Source of the DNA: the human T2T-CHM13v2.0 reference genome, Homo sapiens
Assembly: GCF_009914755.1 (NCBI RefSeq)
Contig: NC_060925.1
Length of the DNA stretch: 64,000 nucleotides
Strand: one strand, 5' to 3'
Shown: piece after piece, positions 43,586-60,187 of the stretch
Numbering within the stretch: position 1 is the first letter of the stretch
Layout: each line of letters begins with the position of its first letter
Position numbers and translations under genes: made by a program
The notes under the pieces: model-generated
What the model was told of the DNA's origin: nothing
Database searches by the model: none
The model's input: only the letters and a program-made list of their open reading frames with translations

Positions 43586-44540
43586 CTAAATGATTTCTAA
43601 GAGCGTGTTACATATTAAGGATTCATCCTTTTCCTATGGTATATACTGTGAATATTTTCCCTCTTTACCATCTACCTTTTATTTGGTGTCTTTGGCACAT
43701 AGAAGTTGAAATTTAAGTCATCAGATTTTTGCTTAGAAAATCTTTCCTCATTTTGAGATCAAAGATCATTCACTTATATTTTCTTGGGGGTACTATTTTC
43801 AATGTCCTGATAAAACGCTCACAATAAAAAAATTAGGAAGTGTTTTAGGCTGCAGTTCAGGTTGGCAGAATTATGCCTATGGCCAAATGTGTTTGTATGC
43901 ACTCACACACAGTGTGTGCACATGCGGGAAAGCAAGTCTAGCAAAATTTATTTTATCTATTTAAATGCATTACAATTAAGAAAGCAAAATGTGGACTTTT
44001 TTTTTCAAGGGGACAGTAACAACGAAGCGAAGAATTCTGTTTCATAGCTGGGTGAGGGAGGGTATTGTTGCACATCTATTAGGATTTTGCTGGCTGTTGA
44101 AGTCAGGTCCTACTGCAGATTGTGTATTTATCACAGTTTTCTTTAAAGAAGTAAAATCAAAGTGGGCAAAGGCATCTGTTGGAAGCGCTCTAAATATGCA
44201 GATATTCTTGAGGGAGACACAACATTACTAATCTTGTGTCTGACCCTCTTGTGTCTGATCCTGCCACTCCCACACACTGTGAGGGCCTGTTCGGCTTGGT
44301 GTCCTCATGGCCTAGTGACCCCCATGGCCTAGAGAGGATTCTTTGTGTGTCCACACCTGTGTTGCCTGCATGAAAGATCAGTGAACATTTGCTAGTGTGT
44401 GGAATTCCTTGGCCTTCCCGGCAGCCCCTGCCCACCTGCTCCTCTGGCCTGACCACCTTTGCCCTCCAGCCCACACAAGTATTCTACAGCTGGGGCCTTG
44501 AAGGATATCAGATGTCTACTCCTTAGGCGTCTTCTTCAAG

Positions 44541-44544
<4 letters not shown>

Positions 44545-44582
<38 letters not shown>
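44545..44582. repeat. (AC)19 microsatellite
   Basis: Perfect dinucleotide run. Confidence 0.97.
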
Positions 44583-44584
<2 letters not shown>

Positions 44585-46170
44585 ATCTGTAGTCTTACAG
44601 GGAGATCTATTCTGAGGCCTTTCCTTGAAGAGCTGTGGTTCTGTGTTCACACTCCCTCTTACACCCTCTGGGTGGTTCTCTGACCTGAGATAGCCAGCTG
44701 TCCCGAGCTGCCCTCCACCGCCCAGGGGGCAAGTGTGGTTTCTCCTGCTCCCTGCTTGCCATCTCCTTCTCTCTGGGCCTTTCTCTCCTCCAAGGCCCAT
44801 CTGAGGGCAGCTGCAACCTGCATATTGTTTCGAAAATAAGGTTGCTTCCTGCCTACCTGCAGACCACCCACGCCCACAGGCTACTAGGAGAAATGTCATT
44901 TAGCCGCGCTCACAGCCAGTGATTCACAGAGCTTCTCGCCAACTCCTTCAACCCCAACTGCAGCTTGAGAATGAGGCGCTGTTATTATTCCCATTAGAAA
45001 AAAAAATGGGAAGGAACAGCCCAGACCAAGTTCACACAGCTGGGGAGTTCGTGCAGAACTGGGAGTCCTAGGTCTTTTCTGCTCTGCCACAGGCAAGTCC
45101 ACGTTCTCTCTTTCAGCCAAGGGTCACTGTGCTCTGCAAGATTATGATGTGTGTCTGGTCAGGGTATAGAAACCCCTCACCTAAGCATTCCTGACTGGAG
45201 ACCCCCCAGACTTTGAGGAGCTCTCACTGTGAAGGGGAACCCCTTCTTGCACATTGCAGCCCCTCACTCCTTTGCTGGGGGGTTTTACTGGTCACCAGCC
45301 TCCTTGTCACACTGACTCACGGATCTGCTAGCTCTGGCCTTGGAAATTAACCACTACACTCTCATCTTCTACTTGGTTGCACCTTGCATATCTGATGGCT
45401 GCTCCTGGCCTGTGCCCTTTTGGTCTTCTATGCCGTTTTCATCTTGTACTTGTCTCTGGAGGGCTCTGCCTGCTCTGCACACCCTCTCCCTTCACCACCC
45501 CCGGAAGACTAGATAAAGCCGTGTGAACCAGAGATACCCCACTTCCTTCTTCCTAAATATTTCTCTCTGATTTCATTCGCAAGAGAAATCTGCCTAATTA
45601 TAGATGGATAGAGATACTGAATAGTCTCACTGCCCTCTTTTGCTTCTCCCTGGCTCTGAGTCTGGGGGTGGGGCTGGGAAGGGGGAGCCAGCCTCAGGCA
45701 AAGTTACTGCCTGAGACTTTAAAGTCAGATTTTAATCTCCTTAATCTCCTTTCCCTTCCACCCACCCACCAGCACAGTCAACGCATCACTGAGACACCTG
45801 CTTGGGTAGGGGTGGGAGGGTAGCGGTAGTGGGGTTAGAGGGTGGCAGAGGCACACTTGTTTGGGGTGTGGGGAGAAAAATTCTGCTTCTGGCCACAGAA
45901 CCTAACTGGAGGCTCAAAGAGATCTTTTTAGATAACAGTGGCCAGGCAGGAATGATGAGAGTCATGCCACAGAAAAGATCTTTAGTGAAAGACAAGAGCC
46001 CTACTTCAGAAAACTGGCTGAGCCCCCGGTCTGGGAAGGAAATGCACACAAATGGGACACCTTGGCCCGCTGAAAGCACAGACACCAGCGAAGACTACTG
46101 GACTCAGTTCAAAAAGTATTTGGGAGCCAGCTTGAAGAGGCTCCCACTGGCCAACGATGGAACAACTTGA

Positions 46171-46595
<425 letters not shown>

Positions 46596-46619
46596 TAAGG
46601 AACCAAATTATTACTTAAC

Positions 46620-47535
46620 TTTTTACTGGGAAAAAACCCCACCATTTTTATTATAAAATTATCAAACACACATAAGAGTGGAATAGTAGAATGAGCCTCT
46701 GTGCACCTGTCGCACAACATCAACGATGATCAGCTCACGGCTCTTCCTGTTTTTCTATATCCCTACCCAGTCCCCTCTCCCCTGGATTATTTTGAATCAA
46801 ATCACAGGCATCATGTCATTTTATCTATAAATAATAAATCATTATAAATAAAGGGAAGAAATCGAACACTTATCCTGGGCATTTATCAGGGTAACCAAAT
46901 AGTTAACAAGGGTAAGTTTCTCTCTATAGAAATATTCCAGCAAACAAATGAAAAAGGAAAGATAATCCCTAATGAAATAGAGGCTCTAGGCAATGATTAT
47001 CAGTGGCTTTTGGTGTCACCAAAAGAAAGAGCAGGACACATCACAAGCCTCCTGAGGAAAGTACAATAACCACCTTGAAATGTTCTTGCTACATTAAACC
47101 TGAATCCCATCAACCTCCAGATTCAACAGCCAGTTTAGAAAAAACACAGGAGGCAGAGGAACACGTTAAATGACACCACAGGGATGCAATCAGCAAAAAT
47201 TCACACTGTGGGAGATTCTATGGCACAAATAACCTAGCTTCGTACAGTTCAAAGAAATAAAGAGAGGGGTCGGGCTGTGGGGGAAGGAATTCTAGATATG
47301 CAAGAGACAGAGAAACTGTCTTTGTTGGATAAAATGAACTGTGAAGTAAAAAACATGAGACAGAGAAATTATTTCAACACCAACTTGATATTTGATGATA
47401 TTAAGGAATTACTGTAAATTTTGTAGGAGGGATAATGGTAGTATAGTATATATTTTTTTTCTTTAAAGGGTGCTTATCTTTTGGAAATACACACTAACGT
47501 ATGTATATGTAGTTTATTATATTATTTTCTTTACT
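46620..47535. mobile_element. Old L1M (L1MC/L1ME-like) 3' UTR fragments
   Basis: ggattattttgaatcaaatcacaggcatcat and gatatttgatgatattaaggaattact resemble old L1 3' UTRs; heavily diverged. Confidence 0.55.
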
Positions 47536-47997
47536 TTTCTACATGTTTGAAACAGGAAGAGTTGTCCTGGAAAATAGTCCTGGGGTCCCCCTTCAGAAGA
47601 AAAGCAGTTGGTGAGAAGTGAAGCGCTATAACATTATGGGTTGAAATGGCGCCTTTCTTGGGCTGCTGACACCTTCTCAGATTCTGCTGAGCTTCCTGAG
47701 GGTGGACTCTGAATCTTGGCTTCTCTTATACCCTCTGGTACACCAGGCCCAGGGATGGCCCACTGTGCACTCTCCCCAAGCCCTACCAAGCAAATAGAAT
47801 GAGCCTTTCAGAGAGCTCTTGGCTCTGTGTCATGTCTTACTTAGCTGCATACTTAATCTCTTAATTTTCTTTCTTTATCTATAAAATAGGACCAATGATT
47901 CTTAATTCACAGGATTTTTGTGAGGATAAAATAGTATAATATATAGGATTCTTCTCTGTGATTAAAATAACAATTCATAGTGATAATAATAGCTAGC

Positions 47998-48304
<307 letters not shown>

Positions 48305-48972
48305 TCAGGTTCATTCTAAGGGCTTTCTATGCATTATCTCATTTGATTCTCATAAAACCCTATGCCGTATGTTTTATGATTATCCTCATCTCACACGTGT
48401 GGAAGTTAAGGGGCAAAGATGTAAAGGTTACAGTGCCAAATTTGTAGTATTTGTTCTTATCATACATAGATGGAAGAGGCTATTGGCCCCACTGTTGTAA
48501 TTTGAGGGATAGCTGAAAGCTCTCCTCCTGCTGAAAATATTTTTAGATAGAAGCATTTTGGAATCCAAGAGATTACTGTTAAAAGGATATTACTCTGAGA
48601 GGGGTGACAAATTAAACCTCTGCCTACCTGGAATGCCTTAATATGAAATTATCAGGTTACTCTCCCTCCTCTATCAGGACCCTTAGAGAAAATAGGAGCG
48701 GCTGGGCCAGGAGAAAGCAAAAGGGAGGAAGACGTTAAGAACAAAGCCCATGACCTTGACAATTTTACCTGGAGCCTGCCTTGAGCCCAAATTCCAGTGG
48801 TCAGTGCCAGAAGAAAGACAAACAAAGCTGCTTTTCTTTTTTTCCAAACAGACCCAGAGATGGAAGATGGTCCTGACTTGAAAGTGCCATTTGTGTAGTT
48901 CCAGTGCCCAGAGCTTCCTTCCTCACTGATCCCTCCTGTGGGCTTGGACTCTGGCACACTGGCTGTGAAGTG

Positions 48973-49288
48973 TTTTTTGTTTTTTCCTTGAGACAGGGTC
49001 TTACTCTGTCACCCAGGAGGCTGGAGTGCAGTGGCGCTCCAGCACAGCAGATCGTAGCTCACTGCAGCCTTGACCTCCTGGGCTCAAGTGATCCTCCCAC
49101 CTCAGCCTCCCGAGTAGCTAGAACTACAGGTGTGCACCACCACTTTTGGCTAATGTTTTATTTTTTGTGTATATGGAGTTTTACTATGTTGGCCAGGCTG
49201 GTCTCAGACTCCTGGCTTCAAGCAATTCCCCCGCCTTGGCCTCCCAAAGTGCTGAGATGACAGGTGTGAGCCACTGTGCCTGGCCTGG
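48973..49288 (-). mobile_element. AluJ
   Basis: Reverse dimer with a short non-Alu insertion near 49037-49050. Confidence 0.88.
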
Positions 49289-52200
49289 CTCTGAAGTCTT
49301 GATAATTTCTTGGGATATCTTAGTGCAAAACTTGGAAGCCATATGGAGAAATGCTGGTGCTGATGGGGCAGTTGCTGGCCCTGCTGCCAATCCTGTGACC
49401 AGCCCTGGGTCTCCCCTTCTGTCCTGATGACTATTTTGGTCCCCACCAGGATGTCATGAAAGTTCTCAGCCCAGCTGAGCTAAAGCCCTTGGCAACTCTT
49501 CCTTTCTTCTGGGCTGTGCTCTGCAGGACCAGGCAAAGAATCAAAAGGCCAGACGAGCCAGACCATAGAGCTGTGAGGGGCTGAAGAATGTGGAGAAGCA
49601 CTGTGTTTACTGCAGCACAGCTGCTATATGGAAAAGCCAGTGCAGCTCCGGCTACACTGACAGCTGTCTGATGTCTCTCACACACAGATGGAGAGGCTGA
49701 CCCCAGACTTCCTTGGGCAGGTTACACCACAGCCGTGCATTTGTTTCTAGCTACGCAGTTAATGGGACATGGAAGAACCAGACCTGCCTGAGTACCTAAC
49801 ATGGCAAAGGGCCTTCGGAACATGAAGAATAGCAGAGATAAGAATGTTAAGCTTAGAAAAGACTTGAGGACTTTAAAGCTGCTTTCCTATTTGAAAGGCT
49901 GTCTCATGGAAAAGAGATTGGACTTGTGTATGTGTGTGTGTTTGGTGGGGGGCTTCGAGGGTTTGAACAAGGACCAGTGGAACACGGGTCAGATTGGTAG
50001 AAGGAAGTTTCACTAAAAACCAATTGGAGAGGCAGTAGTGTGGACAGGAACGCAGAGTCTGGAGTCAGACTATTTGTCTCCAAATCCTACTTTCTGTGCC
50101 TCTTACCTTGTCTGTGAAGGCGAGATTAAAAAGTTGTACTTATCTCAAAAAGTTGTTGTGAGGAATAAGTAAATTAATATGGGTAAAATGCTTTAAATAG
50201 CTTGGTTCATGCTAAGTACTCAATAAATGTGAGGTGGAAATGGAAACATCTATGATTTGATAAATAAAGGCAGCAAGATTCAAATTGTATATGGTGTAAT
50301 TCCAATTTTGTTTTTAAAATGCATATTATTTTGGAAGAATACTCGAAGAAAATACCCCAAAATATTCACAGTGGTAATTTCTGAACAGTTGGATTATGAG
50401 TGATTTAAAGTATTACAGTTTTTAATATTGCATATTTTCTAGATAAGCATATATTACTTCATAATGGAAAAACATTTTTATTTTGCTCTCTATTTAAAAA
50501 GGCATGGCATACCTAAAAATGTAGTGAGATCCTAGTTACCAAAAAAGATAAACCATCCTGTTACTAAAAGTATTCAAACTCACATAGCTAATGGACAGTT
50601 GGGTTATTCATACTGTTTAATCCCAACCATGTAAAGAAAGTAGCACGTGAAAATGCAGACTGGAGGGAAACAGGTGGCACTGGTTATGGTTACTCTGGGG
50701 ATGTGGATGAGAAATTGTTTGTTTCTGTATTCTTTTCTGTACTTTCAGAGTTTTCTAAATTACATGTGCATTACTTTGAAAACGGGGAGGAGTGGGATTA
50801 ATTGGAAATGAAAATTAAACTAAAAAGACATTTTTAAAAAAGGAGTTCAGTCCAGATTAGCTTGAAGGGCCCCATAGACCTGCTGATCTAGTTTCCCCGA
50901 CCATGATTCTGTGACCACACAATGGTGGCGATTACATGATGTGACATATCCGCCTCCATCTGCCACACACTACGGCCCAGCGGTGGCCATGCCTCCCCCT
51001 GTTCAAAAATCACCCCAGGAGTTCAGGTTTGTTTTTGCATCACATCACAGACCTCCCCGCTCCCCATCATGTGGCTTTTAGGGCCTCATATTCTGGTCAC
51101 CTCACTTTCCACCTGTGTCCCCAGTCCACATCTCTTCCATCCAGCCAGGTCCACACCTTTGGGAACTCACCAACACCTACCCTCTCCCTGTCTGGACTGC
51201 CGCTGATCCCTGACTTGGAATGCCCCTTCCTCCTGCCAGTCCACATTCTACCCATTGGTTGAGGTTGCTCCAGGGGCACTGGGCTTCTGCAAACGCCAGT
51301 TCTTTGCCTGCACCAAATAATTTGGCACAACTGCATTCTTTACTGCTTCGTGCCTCTCCCCTTTGGCATGAGCTTCGTGACTGCAGAGCCACATTTTCTA
51401 CTTCTCTTTTGCCTCATATGCCCCAGACCAAAACATCTAGCTTGCTGCTGAGAGCGGACTCAGAATCCAAAACAGCACGGGCTGGATCACTGTTACTCAA
51501 TGGCCACTGCATATGGTCTGATGCCCCGTTCCAAAATAGGCCAAGAACCGATTAGGCCGACGTTCTTTAGATCTGGAAGGATAGTAGACCTGTGAGTTAA
51601 AGGTGATTTGTCAGGGCAGCCCCACAGTTAAGACACAATCCTGCCCTGGAGAGAAAGAAACAGTTTTCTCACTTTGAGCATTTCAGTGTTTGGTTTAGAG
51701 AGCTGCTGAGGTCTTGGCAGGGCGATGAAAATGGGAAACCGTTTAGAAAGTGGAATAAAAATAAAAAGAATAGGGTTAATTTAGTTGGAGAAGGAGTGGA
51801 GATGAGGCCACACAAGTCTTTAATACACCAAGAAAAACTGAGGCAGCATGCACGCTACTGGTACTACTTCTGCTCTTAAGAACGTCTCCTGTCCCCAACC
51901 TGCCCCTGACACCCCCAGAGCTCTCCTCCTGCTCAACCAGCCTAGGAGCCTTCCAGCTAACAAGATCTCTTCCAGCTCTAAAAGGTTGTTTTGCAATGTC
52001 TTAAACCTGAAACTTCAGGCTGTGGAGCATGTAAACAAGAGTGACTGTGGGATATCCTGCTCAGGTGATTTTAAAGAAAATAGGGACATAGTTTGGAGGA
52101 TGGTTTAAGCAAGACCTTTTAAACCCTTTTAACTCTTCAGCTCACCCTGCATTAAATCAAATGTGAAGATAAATGCTCATTAAACATTAAATATATATTT

Positions 52201-52460
52201 ATTTTTCTATGAAAACAGTTGAAAGCATTTTTATAATTTTGCTTTTGAAATTATTTGGTTACAAGTAATTCATTTAATTCATGACAAGCTACAATTTCTT
52301 GGCTTTTATTGTGTATTCTTGGGAACATTTGTGACGTGATAAAACTCTAAGATTTACATGTGAAACAACAAGGCTGACATATAGCACAATTATAACATTG
52401 TCTTAGATTCGCTTTCTAGTACATATATTGATTCTCAACCATTATCCACTAAGAGGTGTT

Positions 52461-52762
52461 GAGCTGGGTGTGGTGGCTCATGCCTGTAATCCCAGCACTT
52501 TGGGAGGCTGAGGTGGGTAGATTGCTGGAGCCTAGGAATTTGAGGTCAGCCTGGGCAACATGGTGAAACCCCATCTCTACAAAAAATACAGAAATTACCT
52601 GTGTGTGGTGGCATGTTCATGTGGTCTCAGCTACTTAGGAGGCTGAGGTGGGAGGATCACTTAAGCCTGAGAGGCAGAAGTTGCAGTGAGCTGAGATCAC
52701 GCCACTGCACCCCAGGCTGGGCAACAGAGAGAGACTCCCTCTCAAAAACAAACAAACAAAAA
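52461..52762 (+). mobile_element. AluJ
   Basis: Full dimer. Confidence 0.9.
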
Positions 52763-54444
52763 GAGGCACTGAAAGGAAACTGTCATTTATAGTAGTTAGA
52801 ATACTAAAACTTGGAAATAGCTTACTTCTATTAAAACAGGTAGAGTCAAACTTATACCTATATTAAAATCATTTTTACTCATTTGCTTTCCAAAAGATTT
52901 CATGACGCAGGGGAGAAAGTTGGGAGCAGGGGGAGGATGGGTTCATACAAGCCCATGAGAAACATACATTTTGGTGCCGTCTATAATGTGGGTGGGGGCG
53001 GAAAGAGAAACTCAGAATGACTGCTCTGATCATTTTGTGTGAAATGTCTTACTTCTTTTCTAAACCATACATTTCTTGAGGACAGATGCAGTAAGTTCAT
53101 CGCACAATCCAGCAGTGAGCACAAGGGTCTCATTGAATTGATTGGTGCACGTGATACTCCAGATGGAGCCACATTGCAAATGGCACCACTGTCCCCATTT
53201 CCTCCAGGAAAAGCAGTGGTGGGGTGGGGCGGTCACAGGACCATACCTGTCACTGCATTCAGTTCTGTGAGGGTGGCCAGGGACTCCTGTCTGCCCCATT
53301 TCAAAGGGGACACACTGAGGCCCAGGGCAGGCAGTGATGGAACCCAAGGTTGGGTGCTGAGTAGGACTCTAGGCCTCTGACCAAGTTGATCTGGGGCCTT
53401 CTGCAGCAGGACCTGCCTGTATCTTTTACTGTGTGTGATCCCTGCCTAAGAACCTGCCCACTCCCTCTTCTGCCTCTCAACCAAGACTTCTGGGGACCTT
53501 TCTTTTTACCCTCTGGACAACTCTTAGAAGGAGGCTCAACCTCTGAACTGTCTCAGCATGAATGATAGGTCTTCTAGGTCCTGTGAAAAGTTCTCTGGCC
53601 TGAGGATGACCATGAACCCACAGTAGGTTCAGCCCCCAACACCACCCGACTGGAGACAATGCCATCCCTGGGTGCTCTGGAATGAAGGGGTCAAGCTGGC
53701 ATCTCCTTTCTCAGTGACCTTTCTGAACCTAAAGCTACCAGGCCCATAAATTCCCCCCTGGTGCTCACAAGACTCTGATGATCAAGAAAGAAGGCGGGTC
53801 TTCCCTCACCAACAGCCAAGAGGCTGCTTGAGAGTCAAGGCAGCTTCTTCAGGGCTTTGCCTGGGTTTGTTCTGAATCTGCCCTGGCCTCTGTGGGGGTG
53901 GGGTGGAGTGAACGTCTTTCCTCTCTGGGTGTCTTCCAAACACACTTCTGCACTAAGAGTTGCCACTCCCTTCCTTTCTCCCCTCAGCCTCTCCAGAAGC
54001 AAAGCCCATGCTGGCTGGGGCCAGGGACTGACTTCTAAGAGTGGAGAACCGTGACTCCACAGCAGGGGAAACCTAGCTGCTATGAAAGCAACAACTTCTA
54101 GGGAGGCTGGGACCTCGGGCCTCCAGCACCATGGAGGACCATGGAGTGACCTTAAGGAATCCTTCTGGACAAATATCCAAAGGGCTGTGTGCCTATTCAC
54201 CTGGGAGAGAGGCCTTGGGCTGCCCGTACCCTGGGAAGGGAAGATGAGGTGAGGGTAGTTTATCCGGCCCAGGCTACCACAGCCTGTTAGGACAGAGCCC
54301 AGGTCTATTCAAGGATGGGTGAAAAACTAAAATGTGGGGAGGGGGAAGGTCTGGGTAAGCCCTTGTTTGGCTCATGGTTTTGGCCCTCTCTGAGGTGCCT
54401 AATCTGATCCAGTAACCACACAAACTGGGCTGCAAAGGAACTAA

Positions 54445-54762
<318 letters not shown>

Positions 54763-55836
54763 TGAGCTAACCAATATGCTAATGACTTCAGTTGATCAAC
54801 CACAGTGTCCAGTGAAGAAAATCAGGGCTCTTCTCAGGGTGGTGGTATCTAGACCCTAAAAATAGCCTCCCTCCCCCTCCCTACCCTGCTTTCCCACCAA
54901 CCTTGAAGATTCTGATATTTTGTTAAAAATTCATGCTAGTTTTTCCCACAAGGGAGCTGGAATTTATTATCATCTCCTATGTTCCTAACACTGGTTATAA
55001 ATGTTTATTTCATTTAATCCTCAGAACTGGCTCAGAAAATAGGCCACACTCTCCCCATCTCATAGAGGAGTCAGAGGCTCAGAGAGATTAACTTACTTGC
55101 CTGAGGTCACACAGCTAGTTGGTAGAGGAGCTCTTCCATAAGATAGCAAGGCCACATCACCTGCAGGGCAGTGCCTGCTCTGGGAGGTGGCACAATGTGC
55201 CCAGTGATGACGATGACAATAACTATGAAAGGATTTTATATTTGCACAGCATTTTGCAGCAGTGCCCCTCAGCTTTGAACCCAGGGCATGCACTGAGTCC
55301 AAGAAGGGGTTCCCCTCCCCACTCCCTCCCCAGCACACATCACCTTAGCCACTTCCGGAGGAACAGGAGAAATGGCTTGCCCACTTGGCTGGCTGCAGTG
55401 GTAGCAGGAGGCTTCCTGAACAGAGGCTGCCCAGACTGCCCACAGCAAGTGTCCCACTGCTCTGCCACCGCTGGTGCCGTGTGGGAGTCAAGGCTGGGGA
55501 GCCTGAATGGTGGGCCAGGCCGGGGGCCGTGGGGTTCAGAGGCAGAGTGGAGAATACAAAATCGCAGGTGAGATCACAGCTCTCTCAAGCCTCATTCCTC
55601 GTGCCCCACACAGGCAGAGTCTTGAGTCCTCCCTTTGTTCCTTTCTTGTTTCTCTGGGGGTAATTTGGCCTTTTAGAGACCACTTCCTTTACCCCCAATC
55701 AGCAGACACCACCAGCTCCCTGCCCATCTTCCTTCCCTCTGTTTCCTCCTCTTCCCTATAGGCTGACTGTGTTGTGGGGGCTCCTTAAAGCTCCATCTCA
55801 GTCACAAGGACAGCAGGGGCTTCTCCAGCTCCCTGA

Positions 55837-56273
<437 letters not shown>

Positions 56274-58245
56274 TCACTTGTCTCTCACAACCTCAGAAGA
56301 AAAACCAGGCGGGATGACTCTCCAGCTGAGGAGACTGAGGCTGAGGGACTGCCTGGTCCTTGGCTGTCCAGGGAGGGGCTCATTCCCTGCTGCTCTGCTG
56401 CCAGACTGTTCAGAGGTGAAAGCCTCACATTGGCAGAACCCAGGTATTTGGTATCTAGGGAACCCAGGAAATAACAATCAGGCCAAACACTGGCCCTGTC
56501 CTGAATCCTTTAGTCCCCATCCTTCAGCACCCCCTTGTGAGGGACAACCAGGCACATCACACCCTCATGGATGCAGATGGCATGGACTCCTTCACTTGGT
56601 TACAACCCACACTCACCTGGGGTCTTTTCTGCCTTCTGTGGACCTATTGGAAGATCTAAGGGGGGCATTTGAAAATGAAAAGGGAGCTTGCAGGGAGAGC
56701 AGCCAACTCAGCCCATCCAAGAGCAGACAGACCCCTGCACGCCCTGCTCACAGCTCTGTCCCTGTGCCGCTGTGGCCTGGCGCTGCGTCTGGGGAGCTCA
56801 GTAAATATTTGTTGAGTGAATGAATGAATGGGATGGCCTGACCGCTTGACATTGCAGAAGGAGAAGGACAAAGTGGAGAGGCTGAGGTTTGTTTTTGGGT
56901 GGGGAAGCTCCCATCTTGGATTGTAGTGGGGGTGGAAGCAGAAGCAAAAACCTAGTCTAGGGTGTGGATTGAGGGAGACCCAGGAAAACGACCCACTCAC
57001 ACACCTGCCTTTCCTGAAACACTGAGAGCTGCCTGAGATTAGGGAGCTGCCTTACTCCTCCTTTTGTCAGCATGCTGGCTGGCGTGCTAGGCTCCCGTGG
57101 GGAGGGTATCCCGGCATGGCTTACTAGGTGGTTGACGCCAGGGCAGTTGGGAGGTAAATTAAGGGGCACAAGCTCAGGAATCCCTCCTTTCAGTCCTGTC
57201 ACCAGCCCCAAATCCAACCCACCAAGAATGGTGGGTATAATTCATCTTAACTATTTCCCACCAAAACAATATGACTTTTACTCTCTGCCTCCTTCTGGCT
57301 GAGCTCTGAGACCAAGAGGGCTGTGGATGTTGGGGGTGGGGAAAGAAACTATGGAGCTGCCAAGGAGGTTGAACAACCAGGTAATTAACTGAAAGAAAAC
57401 GACTGGAGGCTGGGGAGGGGAGGGTTAAGAGTCATTGTGGGCCGCCTTCCAGAAGCCTCCTTCCACGGCCCCCACTGCCATCCACACACCACTCTGACCC
57501 CTGCAAGGACACACCACCATGCTCCGAGGGGCAGGTGGCCTCAGCTCTGCTGCTCTCAAGACAGCAAGAGAACAGGCATTGTCAGGCCAAAGAAATTAGC
57601 AACATGGAAAAGTGAGTGGAAAGAAAACATGTTTTCATCACAAGATCAAGAAACTGGTTTGGTTCTTGCACCAGCCCCCTCGGTTGTCAAATGAGAAGTC
57701 AAATTCAGAAGGGACACAGGACCTGCCCGAATCACCACAGCCAGAGAGAGGCAACTCTGGGGAAAGTGCCCTGGCCTCGGAGGGAGAGGAAGTGCTGCGG
57801 GACATGAGCAGGTCACTTAACCTCTCAGAGCACTGGAGCAAAATCGAGGGACTGGACAATTTCGGAGTGTTGTTGTGAAGATCAGCTGAGACTGTTTATG
57901 TGAAAATACTTTGTAAACTGAAAAAAATAAAACCAAAGAGTGTCAGCAGCAGAACTAGCACTAAAGCCCAGATGACCTCAGGCCCAGCCGCCGGTCCAGG
58001 GCCCGCCTCGAGTTTGCGGATAGCATGATTTGGCAGGCATGCCACTGACGGCAAGCAGATCTGTTTCCCACGCTTCAGAGGCCAGTTTCTGCTACCACAT
58101 CCTTTCACTCTGGCTTATGGGGCTTGCTGCCTGCTGAGGGGTCAGCAGAGAAACCCCCTGCAACCCCCAGGAAAGAGCTCTGGCCACTTATGCGGGCCAC
58201 TGCAAGCTGCTCTGATACCTCTGTGTGAGTTAGAAATGGCAGCTC

Positions 58246-58863
<618 letters not shown>

Positions 58864-59195
58864 AGGCAGCTCCATGGCAGGCAGGTTCAGGCCAGCTGAT
58901 GCCCCTTCCTCCAGGTGGGCATCCCTGGACCCACACTGCCAGGGAGCAGGTACAGGCAAGTCCCAGGACCCACTGGCAGCCTCAGCCTGGCACCTCCATC
59001 CAATGCTTAAACCGCATAACCTTACTGGAGGCACTGACCAAAGTAGGCTCCGATCTCAGTCTATGAGGCAGGCACAACCCACCATTCCAACAACACTAAT
59101 TGAGTGCCATTTCATGACACAACAGCATTATCAAAAAGAATGAGTACCAGGCTAGCAGTGAGAAGTGTGGGTCCTACTCCCACCACACTACCTTG

Positions 59196-59494
59196 TTTTT
59201 TTCGAGACAGGGTCTCACTGTGTTGTCCAGGCTGGAGTGCAGTGGCACACGATCACTGTGCACTGTGGCCTCAAATTCCTGGGCTCAATCAATCCTTCTG
59301 CCTCAGCCTCCTGAGTAGCTGGGATTACAAGTATCTACCACCACATCTGACTAATTTATTTTTAGAATTTTTTTTGTAGAGATGGGGGTCTCACTATGTT
59401 GCCCAGGTCAGTATTGAACTCATGGCCTCAAGCAGTCTTCCCCACTCGGCCCCCAAAGGGCTGGGATTGCAAGCATGAGCCACTGTGTGCCAGC
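59196..59494 (-). mobile_element. AluJ inserted in a MIR
   Basis: Diverged reverse dimer; MIR core resumes at about 59505. Confidence 0.85.
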
Positions 59495-59720
59495 CCCACA
59501 ATACTACTTTCTAGCTGTGTTCCCCTGAGGAACTCATTCAAACTCAGTTTCTCCAGCTATCACATGGAAATAACAATTGTTACCCCAAAAGGTTTGTTAA
59601 AGGCACAAATGAGATGATAATATGAGCACTCTATTGTAAAGTGGAAATCAGGATACAGCTATAAGAGATGATGATCATACATTCTAAGAAAATTTTGAAG
59701 ATAATTTTACTGCTAAGATG

Positions 59721-60187
59721 TGTTAAAGAAAAATAATTCAATGATACCTGTTAAAGCACAGTAAGGCAGACTTCATTCAAAACTGTCATGATAGGTATAA
59801 GGATGATTGCAATGGGGTCTTGCAGTGGGACAGAAAGATTGGGCTCAACTCCAAGTACAGCAAGTGGGCATTTATGCCAAGGAGCAGAGTAGGGGGTCAA
59901 TGGATAGAAAATTCCCAAAAAGAGTGAGAGGGATTCTGGCTAAACCAACCTAACAGGACTCTAGCTGAACACAGGCCAGGGGGATCAGACCTCACCTGGG
60001 GGATGGAGTGGGATGAGGACCCTGATCAGACACTGAGGGGAACTGGATATTGAAGGTTGATGGTTGTGCTCAACTAACTGGGCAGAGTTCTTTGCTAAAC
60101 CTGGATTTTGCAAGAAAGTACACAGATGGGCCTAGGAGAAAGTTTGGAAGCCTGATTAAGTTTTTGTCAAGCAGGGAATCTTTAGCA
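59721..60187 (-). mobile_element. ERV1-class solo LTR (MER31-like)
   Basis: TG...CA ends (tgttaaag...tttagca), 4-bp flanks gatg/gttg, internal gattgggctcaactcc...gccaaggagcag matching the recalled family consensus. Confidence 0.7.

Noticed and set aside
56611-56620. Perfect minus-strand donor CAG|GTGAGT
   Set aside because: No convincing polypyrimidine tract and acceptor at exon distance upstream. Similar isolated donors at about 24545 and 50105 were dropped for the same reason.
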